This document shows positions 21,473 through 30,367 of a stretch of 64,000 nucleotides of DNA, piece after piece; within the stretch, counting starts at the first letter, position 1; each line of letters begins with the position of its first letter. The stretch is from Candidatus Dormiibacterota bacterium (GTDB lineage Bacteria; Chloroflexota; Dormibacteria; Aeolococcales; Aeolococcaceae). The notes under the pieces are model-generated. The model worked only from the letters and a program-made list of their open reading frames with translations. It searched no databases and was not told the origin of the DNA. The stretch lies in NCBI GenBank assembly GCA_963718525.1, contig OY970355.1:1184001-1248000 (forward strand). Direction: 5' to 3'. The translations under genes and the position numbers were made by a program.

Positions 21473-22050
21473 CGCGCGGCAGCAACCGGAGACCGCACCA
21501 GTCTCGTGCTCTGGTTGGTGTCACGTCTGGCCTCCCATCCGACGTGGTACTGCGCGAGCGCACTGGCGGCCGAGCGGAACGTGCGTGTCGGGAGCGCAAA
21601 TCCGGCCGGGTACGCTGCGACCAGCGACTCGAGCGCCGCTCCCCGCAGCAGGGTCCCGTCCTCGAGCTCGACGCCGTTTCCCGGCGCGAGCCGCATGCCG
21701 CCGACAGTCGCAACGCATGCTCGGCCGACCGCGTCGAGCAGCGCCGCCGGACGGTCGAAGACGCGAGCGTGTCCGGGCAGCCCTGTCGGGGCTGCGCCGA
21801 ACCAGTAGGTGAGCACAGGACGATCGCGCAGCACCGCAGCGAGCGCGGGCGACAACGAGACAGCGCTGCCCACCACCATCCATGGCCAGGGAAGACAGCT
21901 GGCAGCGATCGCACCGGCATCTTCGGAGCGCGCGTCGCGCACGACGGCCATGCCCGGGGACACGGCGTCGCGAACCGCGACTGCGAGCTCACCGTCCACG
22001 GTCACCACGAGGATCGCTCGGCTCCGATCCGGGACGCGAACGCCAAGCAT
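21469..22050 (-). CDS. Hypothetical protein, pseudo-receiver-like
   Basis: AILVVTVDGELAVAVRDAV resembles receiver beta1-alpha1. Stop overlaps the RR start (ATGA). Start is uncertain (ATG 22050, or up to 22221). Confidence 0.55.
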   Translation of the reverse strand: MLGVRVPDRSRAILVVTVDGELAVAVRDAVSPGMAVVRDARSEDAGAIAASCLPWPWMVVGSAVSLSPALAAVLRDRPVLTYWFGAAPTGLPGHARVFDRPAALLDAVGRACVATVGGMRLAPGNGVELEDGTLLRGAALESLVAAYPAGFALPTRTFRSAASALAQYHVGWEARRDTNQSTRLVRSPVAAAR

Positions 22051-22268
22051 GCATTGAGCGTTGGTGACCACCACGACACGTCCCTCCCTGCCGCGCATCG
22101 CGAGAGAACGGAAAGGTCCGTGCCCGCGGGCGGCCTCAGCCAGTGTAGGGGTGACGGGGGTGGGACGGGCCGGACAGGCGGACACGGACACCGTGTAACC
22201 ATCGGGGGCCGAGCCGGACATCGCGCGGACAGACAAGGCGGGCCGAGACGTGGCAGACTGAGCGCGGT

Positions 22269-23537
22269 ATGTCCACCTCAGACGCCGGGGAGCCAGCCGC
22301 CGATTCGGTCCGGCTGGCACTGGGCGAGATCCTGCATCGCCCGCTCATCGACAGTGCTGGGGGCCGGCTCGGCCGGGTGGATGACGTCATCGCTCGTTTC
22401 GCCGAGGGCGGCTACCCGCCTATAACCGGTCTGGTCGGGCGCATTGCAGGGCGGAAGCTGTTCATCCCTCGCGACCGCATCGCCTCGATGAAGCCAGGGA
22501 GCGTGCAGCTGGCGGGCGAGGATCTCAACCTCGCCCATTTCGAACGGCGCCAGGGTGAGGTCCTGCTCGGTGAGGACGTTCTCGGCCGGCGCCTCATCAG
22601 CGTCGACGCCGGCAGGCTGGTCGTGGCCCACGACATCGTCCTCCGGCAGGAGGGTTCGAGGTGGGTCGTCGCAGGTGTCGATACCCGGCCCCGCGGTTGG
22701 CGCGGACGCCTCCTGGGCGGGGGAGGCGACAGCCGGGGATTCGTGGACTGGGCCGCGGTTGAACCGTTCGTCGGGCACGTGCCGTCGTCACGGCTGCTGA
22801 TGCCATTGCGCCGTCTGCGCCGTCTGCACCCCGCGCAGATCGCCGACCTCGTCGAGGCGGCATCGCATGACGAAGGTGAGGAGATCATCTCGGCCGTGCA
22901 CGGAGACCCGGAGTTGGAAGCCGACGTCTTTGAAGAGCTCAACACCGAGCACCAGGTGGAATTCCTCCGCGACAAGTCGGATGCCGAAGCTGCAGCCGTG
23001 CTGGCCGAGATGGGACCGGATGATGCCGCCGACCTGGTCACCGAGCTCGATCAACCGCGACGGGCGCCGATCCTGTCGTTGCTCCCACCGTCGCAGCAGG
23101 CGAAGGTTCGCGCGCTGCTCAGCTATGGGCAGAGCAGCGCAGGCGGGCTGATGAGCCCGGACTTCGTGTCGGTCGGGCCTGACGCAACCGTCGCGGATGC
23201 GCTGGCTGCAGTGTGCACCGCCGACGTCCTCCCCCAGGTCGTCGCCGATGTCTTCATCCTCGACGACGGACGTCTCGCCGGATCGGTGCCGCTCATCGAG
23301 TTGCTTCGCGCCGACGGCGCCCAACGGATCTCGGATCTCGTCGAGCACAGCAACGCGTCGGTGCACGTCGACGATGACTTTCCCGAGGTCGCCCGGCGCA
23401 TGGCCGACTTCAACCTCACGGTCGTCGCGGTCCTCGACGATGAGAACCGGGTGATCGGGGTCATCACCGTCGACGACGTGCTTGAGGCCATGCTGCCCAA
23501 CTCATGGCGGCGACGAGCCGAGGCGGACGGCGACTGA
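22269..23537 (+). CDS. PRC-barrel + MgtE N-terminal + CBS-pair protein (soluble, no MgtE membrane domain)
   Basis: LGRVDDV PRC-like repeats, LHPAQIADLVE, MGPDDAADL, SAGGLMSPDFV and IGVITVDDV. No TM region. Confidence 0.88.
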   Translation: MSTSDAGEPAADSVRLALGEILHRPLIDSAGGRLGRVDDVIARFAEGGYPPITGLVGRIAGRKLFIPRDRIASMKPGSVQLAGEDLNLAHFERRQGEVLLGEDVLGRRLISVDAGRLVVAHDIVLRQEGSRWVVAGVDTRPRGWRGRLLGGGGDSRGFVDWAAVEPFVGHVPSSRLLMPLRRLRRLHPAQIADLVEAASHDEGEEIISAVHGDPELEADVFEELNTEHQVEFLRDKSDAEAAAVLAEMGPDDAADLVTELDQPRRAPILSLLPPSQQAKVRALLSYGQSSAGGLMSPDFVSVGPDATVADALAAVCTADVLPQVVADVFILDDGRLAGSVPLIELLRADGAQRISDLVEHSNASVHVDDDFPEVARRMADFNLTVVAVLDDENRVIGVITVDDVLEAMLPNSWRRRAEADGD

Positions 23538-23566
23538 ACCTCGGGCCATCGGTCCAGGTGCGGTTG

Positions 23567-23746
23567 TACACTTCATATACGGCAACCGTGTTTTTGGAGT
23601 GGATTCACCAGCACATGGACGGCGGCGAGAGTCCCCAGTCCCGGCAACTCACGGACCGGCCCGCAGCGAGGTAGCGAACCAGTCGTGACCTCCTGAGCGG
23701 AAAGGCCCGCTCAGTCTTGCCGTCATCGACGGTGGGAGGTCCGACT
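23567..23746 (+). promoter_or_regulatory. Candidate structured 5' leader with RBS-sequestering stem
   Basis: TACACT -10-like hexamer at 23567. 23681-23693 AGTCG(T)GACCTCC pairs with 23735-23746 GGAGGTCCGACT, which covers the SD and the first base of the TTG start. Confidence 0.55.
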
Positions 23747-25392
23747 TGGCGAAGGAGAAGGCTCGCAAGGCTGACGCCAGCGTGGCGCGCGGCAATACAG
23801 CGGTCCTTGATGCCGCACACCTCGGAGACATCCGCGGCGCGTTCGGCACCATTCCCGAGCACGAGACCAACGCGCCGCGCACATGGCGGCGTCGCCTCCT
23901 TGCGCTCGCGGTGATCATGGGTCCCGGCCTCATCGTGATGGTCGGCGACAACGACGCCGGAGGCGTCTCGACGTACGCGCAGGCCGGGCAGAACTATGGG
24001 ACGACCCTGCTCTGGACCCTGGTGTTCCTCATCCCGGTGCTCATCGTCAACCAGGAGATGGTGGTGCGCCTCGGCGCTGTCACCGGAGTCGGACACGGCC
24101 GGCTGATCTTCGAGCGTTTCGGCCGTTTCTGGGGCTGGTTTGCGGTTGGGGATCTGTTCATCCTCAACTTCCTCACCATAGCGACGGAGTTCATCGGAAT
24201 CTCGCTCGGCGCCGCGTACTTCGGGGTGTCGCCTTACCTTGCGGTGCCGCTCGCGGGGCTGCTGCTCATCGGGATCACCGTCACCGGTCGTTTCGAGACC
24301 TGGGAACGCCTGATGTTCGTGATCCTCTTCGGCAACCTGCTGATCATCCCGCTGGTGATCCTCAGCCATCCCAACGTGGGTCACGTTGTCCACGACCTTG
24401 TGATCCCGGGAATGAAAGGTGGTCTGACGTCGAACGGCGTGCTGCTCATCATCGCCATCGTCGGTACCACCGTCGCGCCCTGGCAGCTGTTCTTCCAGCA
24501 ATCCAATGTCGTCGACAAGCGCATCACGCCGCGATGGATCCCATACGAGCGAGCCGACACCGTGATCGGCGCGTTCGTCGTCGTCATCGGCGCGACGGCG
24601 ATCATGGTGACAACGGCCTTCGCGTTCCAGAACACTCCGCTCGCGGGACATTTCGTCGACGCGGGAACGGTTGCGACCGGCATCGCGTCGCGCCTCGGAT
24701 CAGCGGCCGGAGCGCTGTTCGCGATCCTGCTCATCGACGCATCGATCATCGGCGCAAGTGCTGTAACGCTCGCGACCTCGTATGCGTTCGGCGATACCTT
24801 CGGTATCAGGCACTCGCTGCACCGCCCGTGGCGGGAGGCCAAGCCCTTCTACGCGTCCTACACCGTGCTGGTGGTCCTTGCGGCTGGGCTCACACTCACC
24901 CCGAACGCCCCGCTTGGGCTCATCACCACTGCGGTGCAGGCACTCGCCGGTGTGCTGCTTCCGAGCGCGAGCCTCTTCTTGCTGCTCCTGTGCAATGACC
25001 GTGACGTGCTCGGACCGTGGGTGAACCGCACGTGGTTGAACATCGTCGCGACCCTGATTCTCGGAATGCTGGTGATGCTGTCGCTCATCCTGGTCATCAC
25101 CACCGTGTTCTCGTCGGCGAACGTTCCGCTGCTGCTGGCCGTGCTTTCGGGCGTGATGCTGGCGGGGCTGGTGGAAGTCACCGTGTTCACGACCCGCGTA
25201 GGGCGCGCCAGCCGGACGGACACGCTGTCGCGCGAGGACCGCGAGACGTGGCGCATGCCACCGCTGGCACTGTTGACGCGACCCGAGCCGTCGCGGAGCC
25301 GGCTCGTCGCGCTGTACTCAATGCGCGGCTATCTCGTGGTCGCGGTGCTGCTCCTCCTCGTCAAAGCGGTGCAGTTGGGTACTGGGCACTAG
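23746..25392 (+). CDS. NRAMP-related divalent metal transporter (NrmT-like, probably Mg2+/Mn2+)
   Basis: MGPGLIVMVGDNDAGGVSTYAQAG (TM1), QEMVVRLG and VGTTVAPWQLFFQQS (TM6, without the MntH MPH motif). SD GGAGG precedes the TTG start. Confidence 0.88.
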   Translation: MAKEKARKADASVARGNTAVLDAAHLGDIRGAFGTIPEHETNAPRTWRRRLLALAVIMGPGLIVMVGDNDAGGVSTYAQAGQNYGTTLLWTLVFLIPVLIVNQEMVVRLGAVTGVGHGRLIFERFGRFWGWFAVGDLFILNFLTIATEFIGISLGAAYFGVSPYLAVPLAGLLLIGITVTGRFETWERLMFVILFGNLLIIPLVILSHPNVGHVVHDLVIPGMKGGLTSNGVLLIIAIVGTTVAPWQLFFQQSNVVDKRITPRWIPYERADTVIGAFVVVIGATAIMVTTAFAFQNTPLAGHFVDAGTVATGIASRLGSAAGALFAILLIDASIIGASAVTLATSYAFGDTFGIRHSLHRPWREAKPFYASYTVLVVLAAGLTLTPNAPLGLITTAVQALAGVLLPSASLFLLLLCNDRDVLGPWVNRTWLNIVATLILGMLVMLSLILVITTVFSSANVPLLLAVLSGVMLAGLVEVTVFTTRVGRASRTDTLSREDRETWRMPPLALLTRPEPSRSRLVALYSMRGYLVVAVLLLLVKAVQLGTGH

Positions 25393-26131
25393 CCGCGATC
25401 GGCACCCGATTGAACGGCGTGACGCAGGGGCGGCCGGGCGCATGCTCGTACACAACACGATCAGTCCCGGCGATCACCATCGACGCCGACACCGTCCCGT
25501 ATATGTCGCCATGGATGCATGCGGCATCAGCCGGCGAATCGCTCGCCGACGTGTGATCGCGGAGGATGGCGCGCAGCCCGTTCAGCGTCGCCTCGGCATC
25601 GTTGCCCGGGGTCAGGGCTCGGTCCATCGCCTCTCGAAGCATGGCGACCTTCGCACTGCGGACGTCATCGACATCGCGCGTCGTCAGCACATGGAGTCCC
25701 GGATCGAGGTCGACCACGCGGACCGGACCGGAGTCGTCGACGTGGGCCGCGACGGCTCGCTCGGCGCTGAGCCAGAGCACGTTGACCGGGTTGTATCGAC
25801 CTGGACCCAGGCCGGCGAGGCGGCTGGGAACGTCGTCGGGGTCCCTCGTGAGCATCGCGACCGGGATCTCGCCCCTGGATCGGCGCGAGGGATCGGGCGC
25901 CCCAGGCGCGCCCTCACCAGGGTGCCTGTTGGTGACCGCGCAGACGCTGCCACCGGCGCCGACCGCGAGCCATGTCCCACCGGCCGTCAGGTCCCGGCCA
26001 CCAAGGATCAGCGGGCTCTCCGACAGCACCCCCGGCGGAGCACTAGGACGGGCGATCAGCTCATCTCGATTCGCCGCAAGCACGATCGGCGTCCCCGGGT
26101 GGCACCGCCAGGCCAGGAGGATCGTGCACAC
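25361..26131 (-). CDS. NRDE/TANGO2 family protein
   Basis: N-terminal (M)CTI, AANRDE, GRDL..GGTWL, VTNR, SRGEI and YGTVS. Confidence 0.9.
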   Translation of the reverse strand: MCTILLAWRCHPGTPIVLAANRDELIARPSAPPGVLSESPLILGGRDLTAGGTWLAVGAGGSVCAVTNRHPGEGAPGAPDPSRRSRGEIPVAMLTRDPDDVPSRLAGLGPGRYNPVNVLWLSAERAVAAHVDDSGPVRVVDLDPGLHVLTTRDVDDVRSAKVAMLREAMDRALTPGNDAEATLNGLRAILRDHTSASDSPADAACIHGDIYGTVSASMVIAGTDRVVYEHAPGRPCVTPFNRVPIAASAQYPTAPL

Positions 26132-26257
26132 CGGTCGAATCGTATGCGGACACGCAACTCTGTTGTGAACTCTGTAAACGCGACCTCGCGACGCCGTGAC
26201 GACCCGCCGACTTCCAACTCGTCGGGGCGGTATTAAGACCAAAGTTGGAACACGTCA

Positions 26258-27022
26258 ATGAATGCAAACGTCATCAGCCGGCTGACGACCCGGGGGCGTG
26301 CGAGAAGCCTCGCCGCCATCGCGCTGCTTCCGGGCGCCTTCGCACTCATGCTGGCAGGGGCTTCAAGTGCGGCTGCGGCCGGCAACCCCACGCCGGCGCC
26401 ATCGCCCACGGCGACGACATTGTCGGCACAGTCCCCGAGCGTCTGTCACCACGGAACCAGGCCGGACGGTTCGTGCTGCCCGAGACGGCAACCCTGCACG
26501 TCCCCGTCGCCCAGCCCAACACCGTCGCCCACCCCAACACCGTCGCCCACGGCTACCCCCACTGCAACTCCGAGCCCAACCGGTGCCGGCAAGAACGGCG
26601 GCAACGGGAATGGAGGGGGCGGCTCGACGCCCACGCCGGCGCCGACTGCCACCCCAGCCCCAACCGGCACTCCGGCGCCGACCTCCAAGCCGGCGACGAC
26701 CCCGGCAACATCTGGCGGCAGCCACTCCGACGGTGACGGTACCTCCGGGAGCGGGGCCACGGGCGGCTCCCAAGCCACCCGGGCTCAGGCGCCAGCCGAT
26801 CCCACGCCGTTTGCGCCGCTTGCCAGCACGGTGACCGTGGCGACGTCCGGGCAGAGCCTCGACGCGGCCCGGATCCCGCCGGTTGAGGCGCTCACCCCGC
26901 TGAGCGGGCTCGAGTTCGGCAACGGCCTGAACCTCGGACCGCTCCTGCCCCTCATCGACCTGATCGGGATCGGCCTGCTCGTCTACCTGGTCCGTACTCG
27001 CTGGCTCGCGCCCGAAGCCTGA
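26258..27022 (+). CDS. Secreted Pro/Thr-rich surface protein with C-terminal membrane anchor
   Basis: Signal-peptide-like N-terminus, 4-Cys mini-domain, PT repeats, C-terminal hydrophobic helix followed by RTR. Confidence 0.7.
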   Translation: MNANVISRLTTRGRARSLAAIALLPGAFALMLAGASSAAAAGNPTPAPSPTATTLSAQSPSVCHHGTRPDGSCCPRRQPCTSPSPSPTPSPTPTPSPTATPTATPSPTGAGKNGGNGNGGGGSTPTPAPTATPAPTGTPAPTSKPATTPATSGGSHSDGDGTSGSGATGGSQATRAQAPADPTPFAPLASTVTVATSGQSLDAARIPPVEALTPLSGLEFGNGLNLGPLLPLIDLIGIGLLVYLVRTRWLAPEA

Positions 27023-27777
27023 CCGACAGCGACGGGCCCGGCGCCTTGGCCGATCCCCTCGAGCCCCTGATCGATGGCCGCCGCGGTCACTGCAGCTGCA
27101 CGACGTGCCGCCTCTGCGAGCGGGGTGCCGCGCGCGAGCTCGGCGGCAAGCGTCGCCGAGTGCGTGCAGCCCGTACCGTGCGTCGCTGTCCCGCCCACCC
27201 AGACGACGGGGATCTCGAGGTACTCGATGCCGTCGAACAGGAGGTCTGAGCCTTCGCCCTCACCGCCGGTGATCACCACGGCGCGGGCGCCTCGAGCAAC
27301 GATTCGCGCGGCCAGCGCCCGGCGATCGCCGTCGCCGCCGGCCAGAACCCGAGCCTCCGCGAGATTCGGGGTCACCACGGTGGCGAGCGGCAGCAGCGAC
27401 TCGATCAGCACCTCAACCGCCTCGGGGTCGAGGAGCGACGCCCCGATGCTGGCTCGGATGACGGGGTCGACGACGAGCGGGGTCGGATGGCGTCCGAGGA
27501 ACTCGGCGACCGTGACGATGACATCCGCCGAGAGCAGGGCGCCGGTCTTTACGGCGTCGACGCCGATGTCGTCATACACGGCCTGGAGTTGCGCCGCGAT
27601 CACCCAGGTTGGCAGCGCGTAGGTCGCAACGATCTCTCGGGTGTTCTGTGCGGTGACACCGACAATCGCGGTCATCCCGTGACAGCCGGCGGCTGCAAAG
27701 GCCTTCAGGTCCGCCTGGATCCCGGCGCCACCGCCTGAATCCGAGGTGGCGATCGACAGGCAACGCGGTGGTGTCAC
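26983..27777 (-). CDS. thiD: Hydroxymethylpyrimidine/phosphomethylpyrimidine kinase
   Basis: [38 protein letters not shown] and THGTGCT. Confidence 0.93.
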   Translation of the reverse strand: MTPPRCLSIATSDSGGGAGIQADLKAFAAAGCHGMTAIVGVTAQNTREIVATYALPTWVIAAQLQAVYDDIGVDAVKTGALLSADVIVTVAEFLGRHPTPLVVDPVIRASIGASLLDPEAVEVLIESLLPLATVVTPNLAEARVLAGGDGDRRALAARIVARGARAVVITGGEGEGSDLLFDGIEYLEIPVVWVGGTATHGTGCTHSATLAAELARGTPLAEAARRAAAVTAAAIDQGLEGIGQGAGPVAVGQASGASQRVRTR

Positions 27778-27808
27778 CCGCCCATCGTAGATGGAGCCGG
27801 CTGCCGGC

Positions 27809-29662
27809 TCAGCCCGCGGCCTGGCGTGCGGGCTCGGGGATGCGCGCGATCACCGGTGTCCGAGCGGTCTCGTCGAAGACCACGAAGCGGTTCTTGCCCT
27901 GACGCTTGGCGAGATACATTGCCATGTCGGCTCGGCGCATCAATTCCTCGGGTTCCGGAGCGTCGGCGGCATCCTCCACGACCGCAACGCCCACGCTCGC
28001 CCCGATCGTCACCATGGCGTCGCCCATGGGAATCGGCCGATGGAGAGTGTCGATGATGCGTTGGGCGACCACGGCCGCGTCGCTGAAATGGCGCATGCCG
28101 TCGAGGAGCATGCCGAACTCGTCGCCGCCGATGCGCGCGGCCAGGTCGAGCTTGCGGACCTGGACGCGGAGCCGCGCCGCGACGGCGCTGAGCACCCGAT
28201 CGCCGACGGCGTGCCCGAAGTTGTCGTTGATCTCCTTGAAGCCATCGAGGTCGATGAACATCACCGCGATCGGGCGCTGCGAGCTCGCCATTTGGGACAG
28301 CGACGTCGCGACCGTCTCGATGAAGAGCGACCGGTTCGCGATCTGGGTGAGCGGGTCGTAGAAAGCGCGGCGCGCGAGCTCAGCCTTCTCGACGGACATC
28401 GCCCTGATCGCCTCGGCGAGCTGACCGTTTTCGAGGGCGACGCTGATCAGACCGGCGACCGTGGTGAGCAGGCTCTCTTCGTGGGCTCCGAGCTTGACCC
28501 CACGTGCGGGATTGAGCAGCAGCAGCATGCCCTGGGGGCCCTCGAGTCCGCGGAGCACGACAACCGTGCCGGCTGTCGCAGCCCGTTCGGCGAGCGCAAG
28601 GCCGAGCGACTGGTCCCTCGCTAACGAACCGCTCAGGATGGCGGTGGAGCGCAGCTCGTTGAGCAGCTCCTGCTCGGCGAACGTCAGCTCGGATGTGGTC
28701 GCCTGGGCGCGCTCGTCATCGCCGCTCGAGTTGAAACGCACCGCCGGGCCGCGCACCTCAGGGATGACCACGAGCTCGGCGCGCTCAACGCCGAACATCT
28801 TCGTGATGCCGTTCAACAGCTCGTCGGCACGCTCGCTGACCTGACGAGCCGAGTGCAGGATCTCCGTGGTGCGATACAGGAACTCATTGCGGTCGGCGCG
28901 GCGATGACTTTCGCCGGCGGCGATCTGCCCTGCGAGCACGAGGAGCACGGGCGGAACCAGTGCAAATGCGAGCACCGGCTGGACCGTCAGGATCAGCACC
29001 GCCACGATCCCGAGCGACGCGTTCGTCGTGGTCGCGATCACCTGGAACAGATAGGCCCGCATCACCTCGCCGGCATTGAATCGGCCCTGGGCGATCGTGG
29101 TCCCGACGTTGAGCGCAATCGGATACACGAGCCACCCGGCGGCGATCATCGCCGCGGCGAACGCGACGATGCTGTGCACCGCGAGTGGCTGGTTGGCGAC
29201 CGGTCCCACCGCGTTGAAGACGAGGACGGCGACGCCGATGTAGACGACGTCCAGGGCGGCGTTGGCGAAATCCTTGACCCAGCGGATTCGCCGCTCCCGC
29301 GTCCAGCTGGCGAGCAGCACGCCGGCGACGTAGCAGCCGAGCAGCTGGTGCGGGTCGATGAGGAACAGGCCCATCGCAACGGGGATCTCCGTCAGCGAGA
29401 GCGTCGAGACCTCCCGATGGACGCGCACTCGGACGAACAGCAGGCTGGTCACATAGCACGTGGCCAGCTCAGCCCACCATGGAATCGCGCTCAGGGTCGT
29501 GATGCGCTGGACGTCGCGCAGCGGCAGCATCCACAGCGCAGCGCCGATGAGCCCGAGGCCGATCGAGAAGACGACAAGGCGTCGGGGACCGTTGAGGCGG
29601 CCGAAATGGGCGCGCGCTCGTGCGACGAGAACCGGTGGATGCGCCACCGTCATCTCGCTCAT
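27809..29662 (-). CDS. Membrane sensor diguanylate cyclase (multi-TM + GAF-like + GGDEF)
   Basis: YDPLTQIANR, FIDLDGFKEIND.FGH..GD, intact GGDEF, RKLD I-site five residues upstream and ADMAMY.AK. Confidence 0.93.
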   Translation of the reverse strand: MSEMTVAHPPVLVARARAHFGRLNGPRRLVVFSIGLGLIGAALWMLPLRDVQRITTLSAIPWWAELATCYVTSLLFVRVRVHREVSTLSLTEIPVAMGLFLIDPHQLLGCYVAGVLLASWTRERRIRWVKDFANAALDVVYIGVAVLVFNAVGPVANQPLAVHSIVAFAAAMIAAGWLVYPIALNVGTTIAQGRFNAGEVMRAYLFQVIATTTNASLGIVAVLILTVQPVLAFALVPPVLLVLAGQIAAGESHRRADRNEFLYRTTEILHSARQVSERADELLNGITKMFGVERAELVVIPEVRGPAVRFNSSGDDERAQATTSELTFAEQELLNELRSTAILSGSLARDQSLGLALAERAATAGTVVVLRGLEGPQGMLLLLNPARGVKLGAHEESLLTTVAGLISVALENGQLAEAIRAMSVEKAELARRAFYDPLTQIANRSLFIETVATSLSQMASSQRPIAVMFIDLDGFKEINDNFGHAVGDRVLSAVAARLRVQVRKLDLAARIGGDEFGMLLDGMRHFSDAAVVAQRIIDTLHRPIPMGDAMVTIGASVGVAVVEDAADAPEPEELMRRADMAMYLAKRQGKNRFVVFDETARTPVIARIPEPARQAAG

Positions 29663-29878
29663 GTCACGTCACGACGCGGCTGTCCCCTGAACACTGTGCT
29701 GACCTCCTGTCACGTCCGCGATCAGCCCCCCATGACCGGCCGCTCGATTGTGTCGCGGCATCGCACCGCGGCCGTCCACGGGAGCGTCACAGCGTGGTAA
29801 CGAGACCGGAACAGCGCTGTCAGACCTGAATTGCCCATTGGCCGCGATCTGTCCCGTGCCGCGCCATAGCCTCGTGAC

Positions 29879-30355
29879 ATGACAATCACAGACGACCGTA
29901 CCCCGGTCCCCGCACCCAGCGCCGCGCCGCCATCCTACGTTCGCCGGCACCCGATACTCACGGCGTTCGGCGTGCTCTCCGGGCTCTCATTGTTCTCGGC
30001 GCTCTGGCCGGTGAGTGCAGTGGTGGTCGCCGTCGCGGTGGCGGGCCATGCGACCGGATTGGATCGCACGGCGCTGCGTCTCGTCGAGCGGCTCGCCACT
30101 CGAATCAGCGAGTCGGCATACCACCGCGATCACCCCGAACCGGCTCCCGCCCCACCTGTGCCGACGGCACCGGAGCCGGCTGCGCCTGCACCTTCAGCCC
30201 CTCGACGCGAGGCGCACACGCCAGCGGCGCCGTCACCGCAGCTGCGCCGGGGTCGTCATGCACAGACGCCCGCTGCACACCGACCGGTCAGGACCCGACG
30301 CCCCGCGACTCCCGAGCGCCACGCCGGCTCGAGGATGGACGGGCTCGGACTCTGA
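29879..30355 (+). CDS. Hypothetical membrane protein with Pro-rich tail
   Basis: Two short hydrophobic segments followed by a Pro/Ala/Arg-rich low-complexity C-terminus. Confidence 0.55.
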   Translation: MTITDDRTPVPAPSAAPPSYVRRHPILTAFGVLSGLSLFSALWPVSAVVVAVAVAGHATGLDRTALRLVERLATRISESAYHRDHPEPAPAPPVPTAPEPAAPAPSAPRREAHTPAAPSPQLRRGRHAQTPAAHRPVRTRRPATPERHAGSRMDGLGL

Positions 30356-30367
30356 CCCGCGAATGAC

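Noticed and set aside
29663-29878. GTCAC/GTGAC words between the diguanylate cyclase and the divergent gene as BldD- or CRP-like boxes, or a c-di-GMP riboswitch
   Set aside because: Half-site spacing does not fit, and no GEMM-type consensus is visible.
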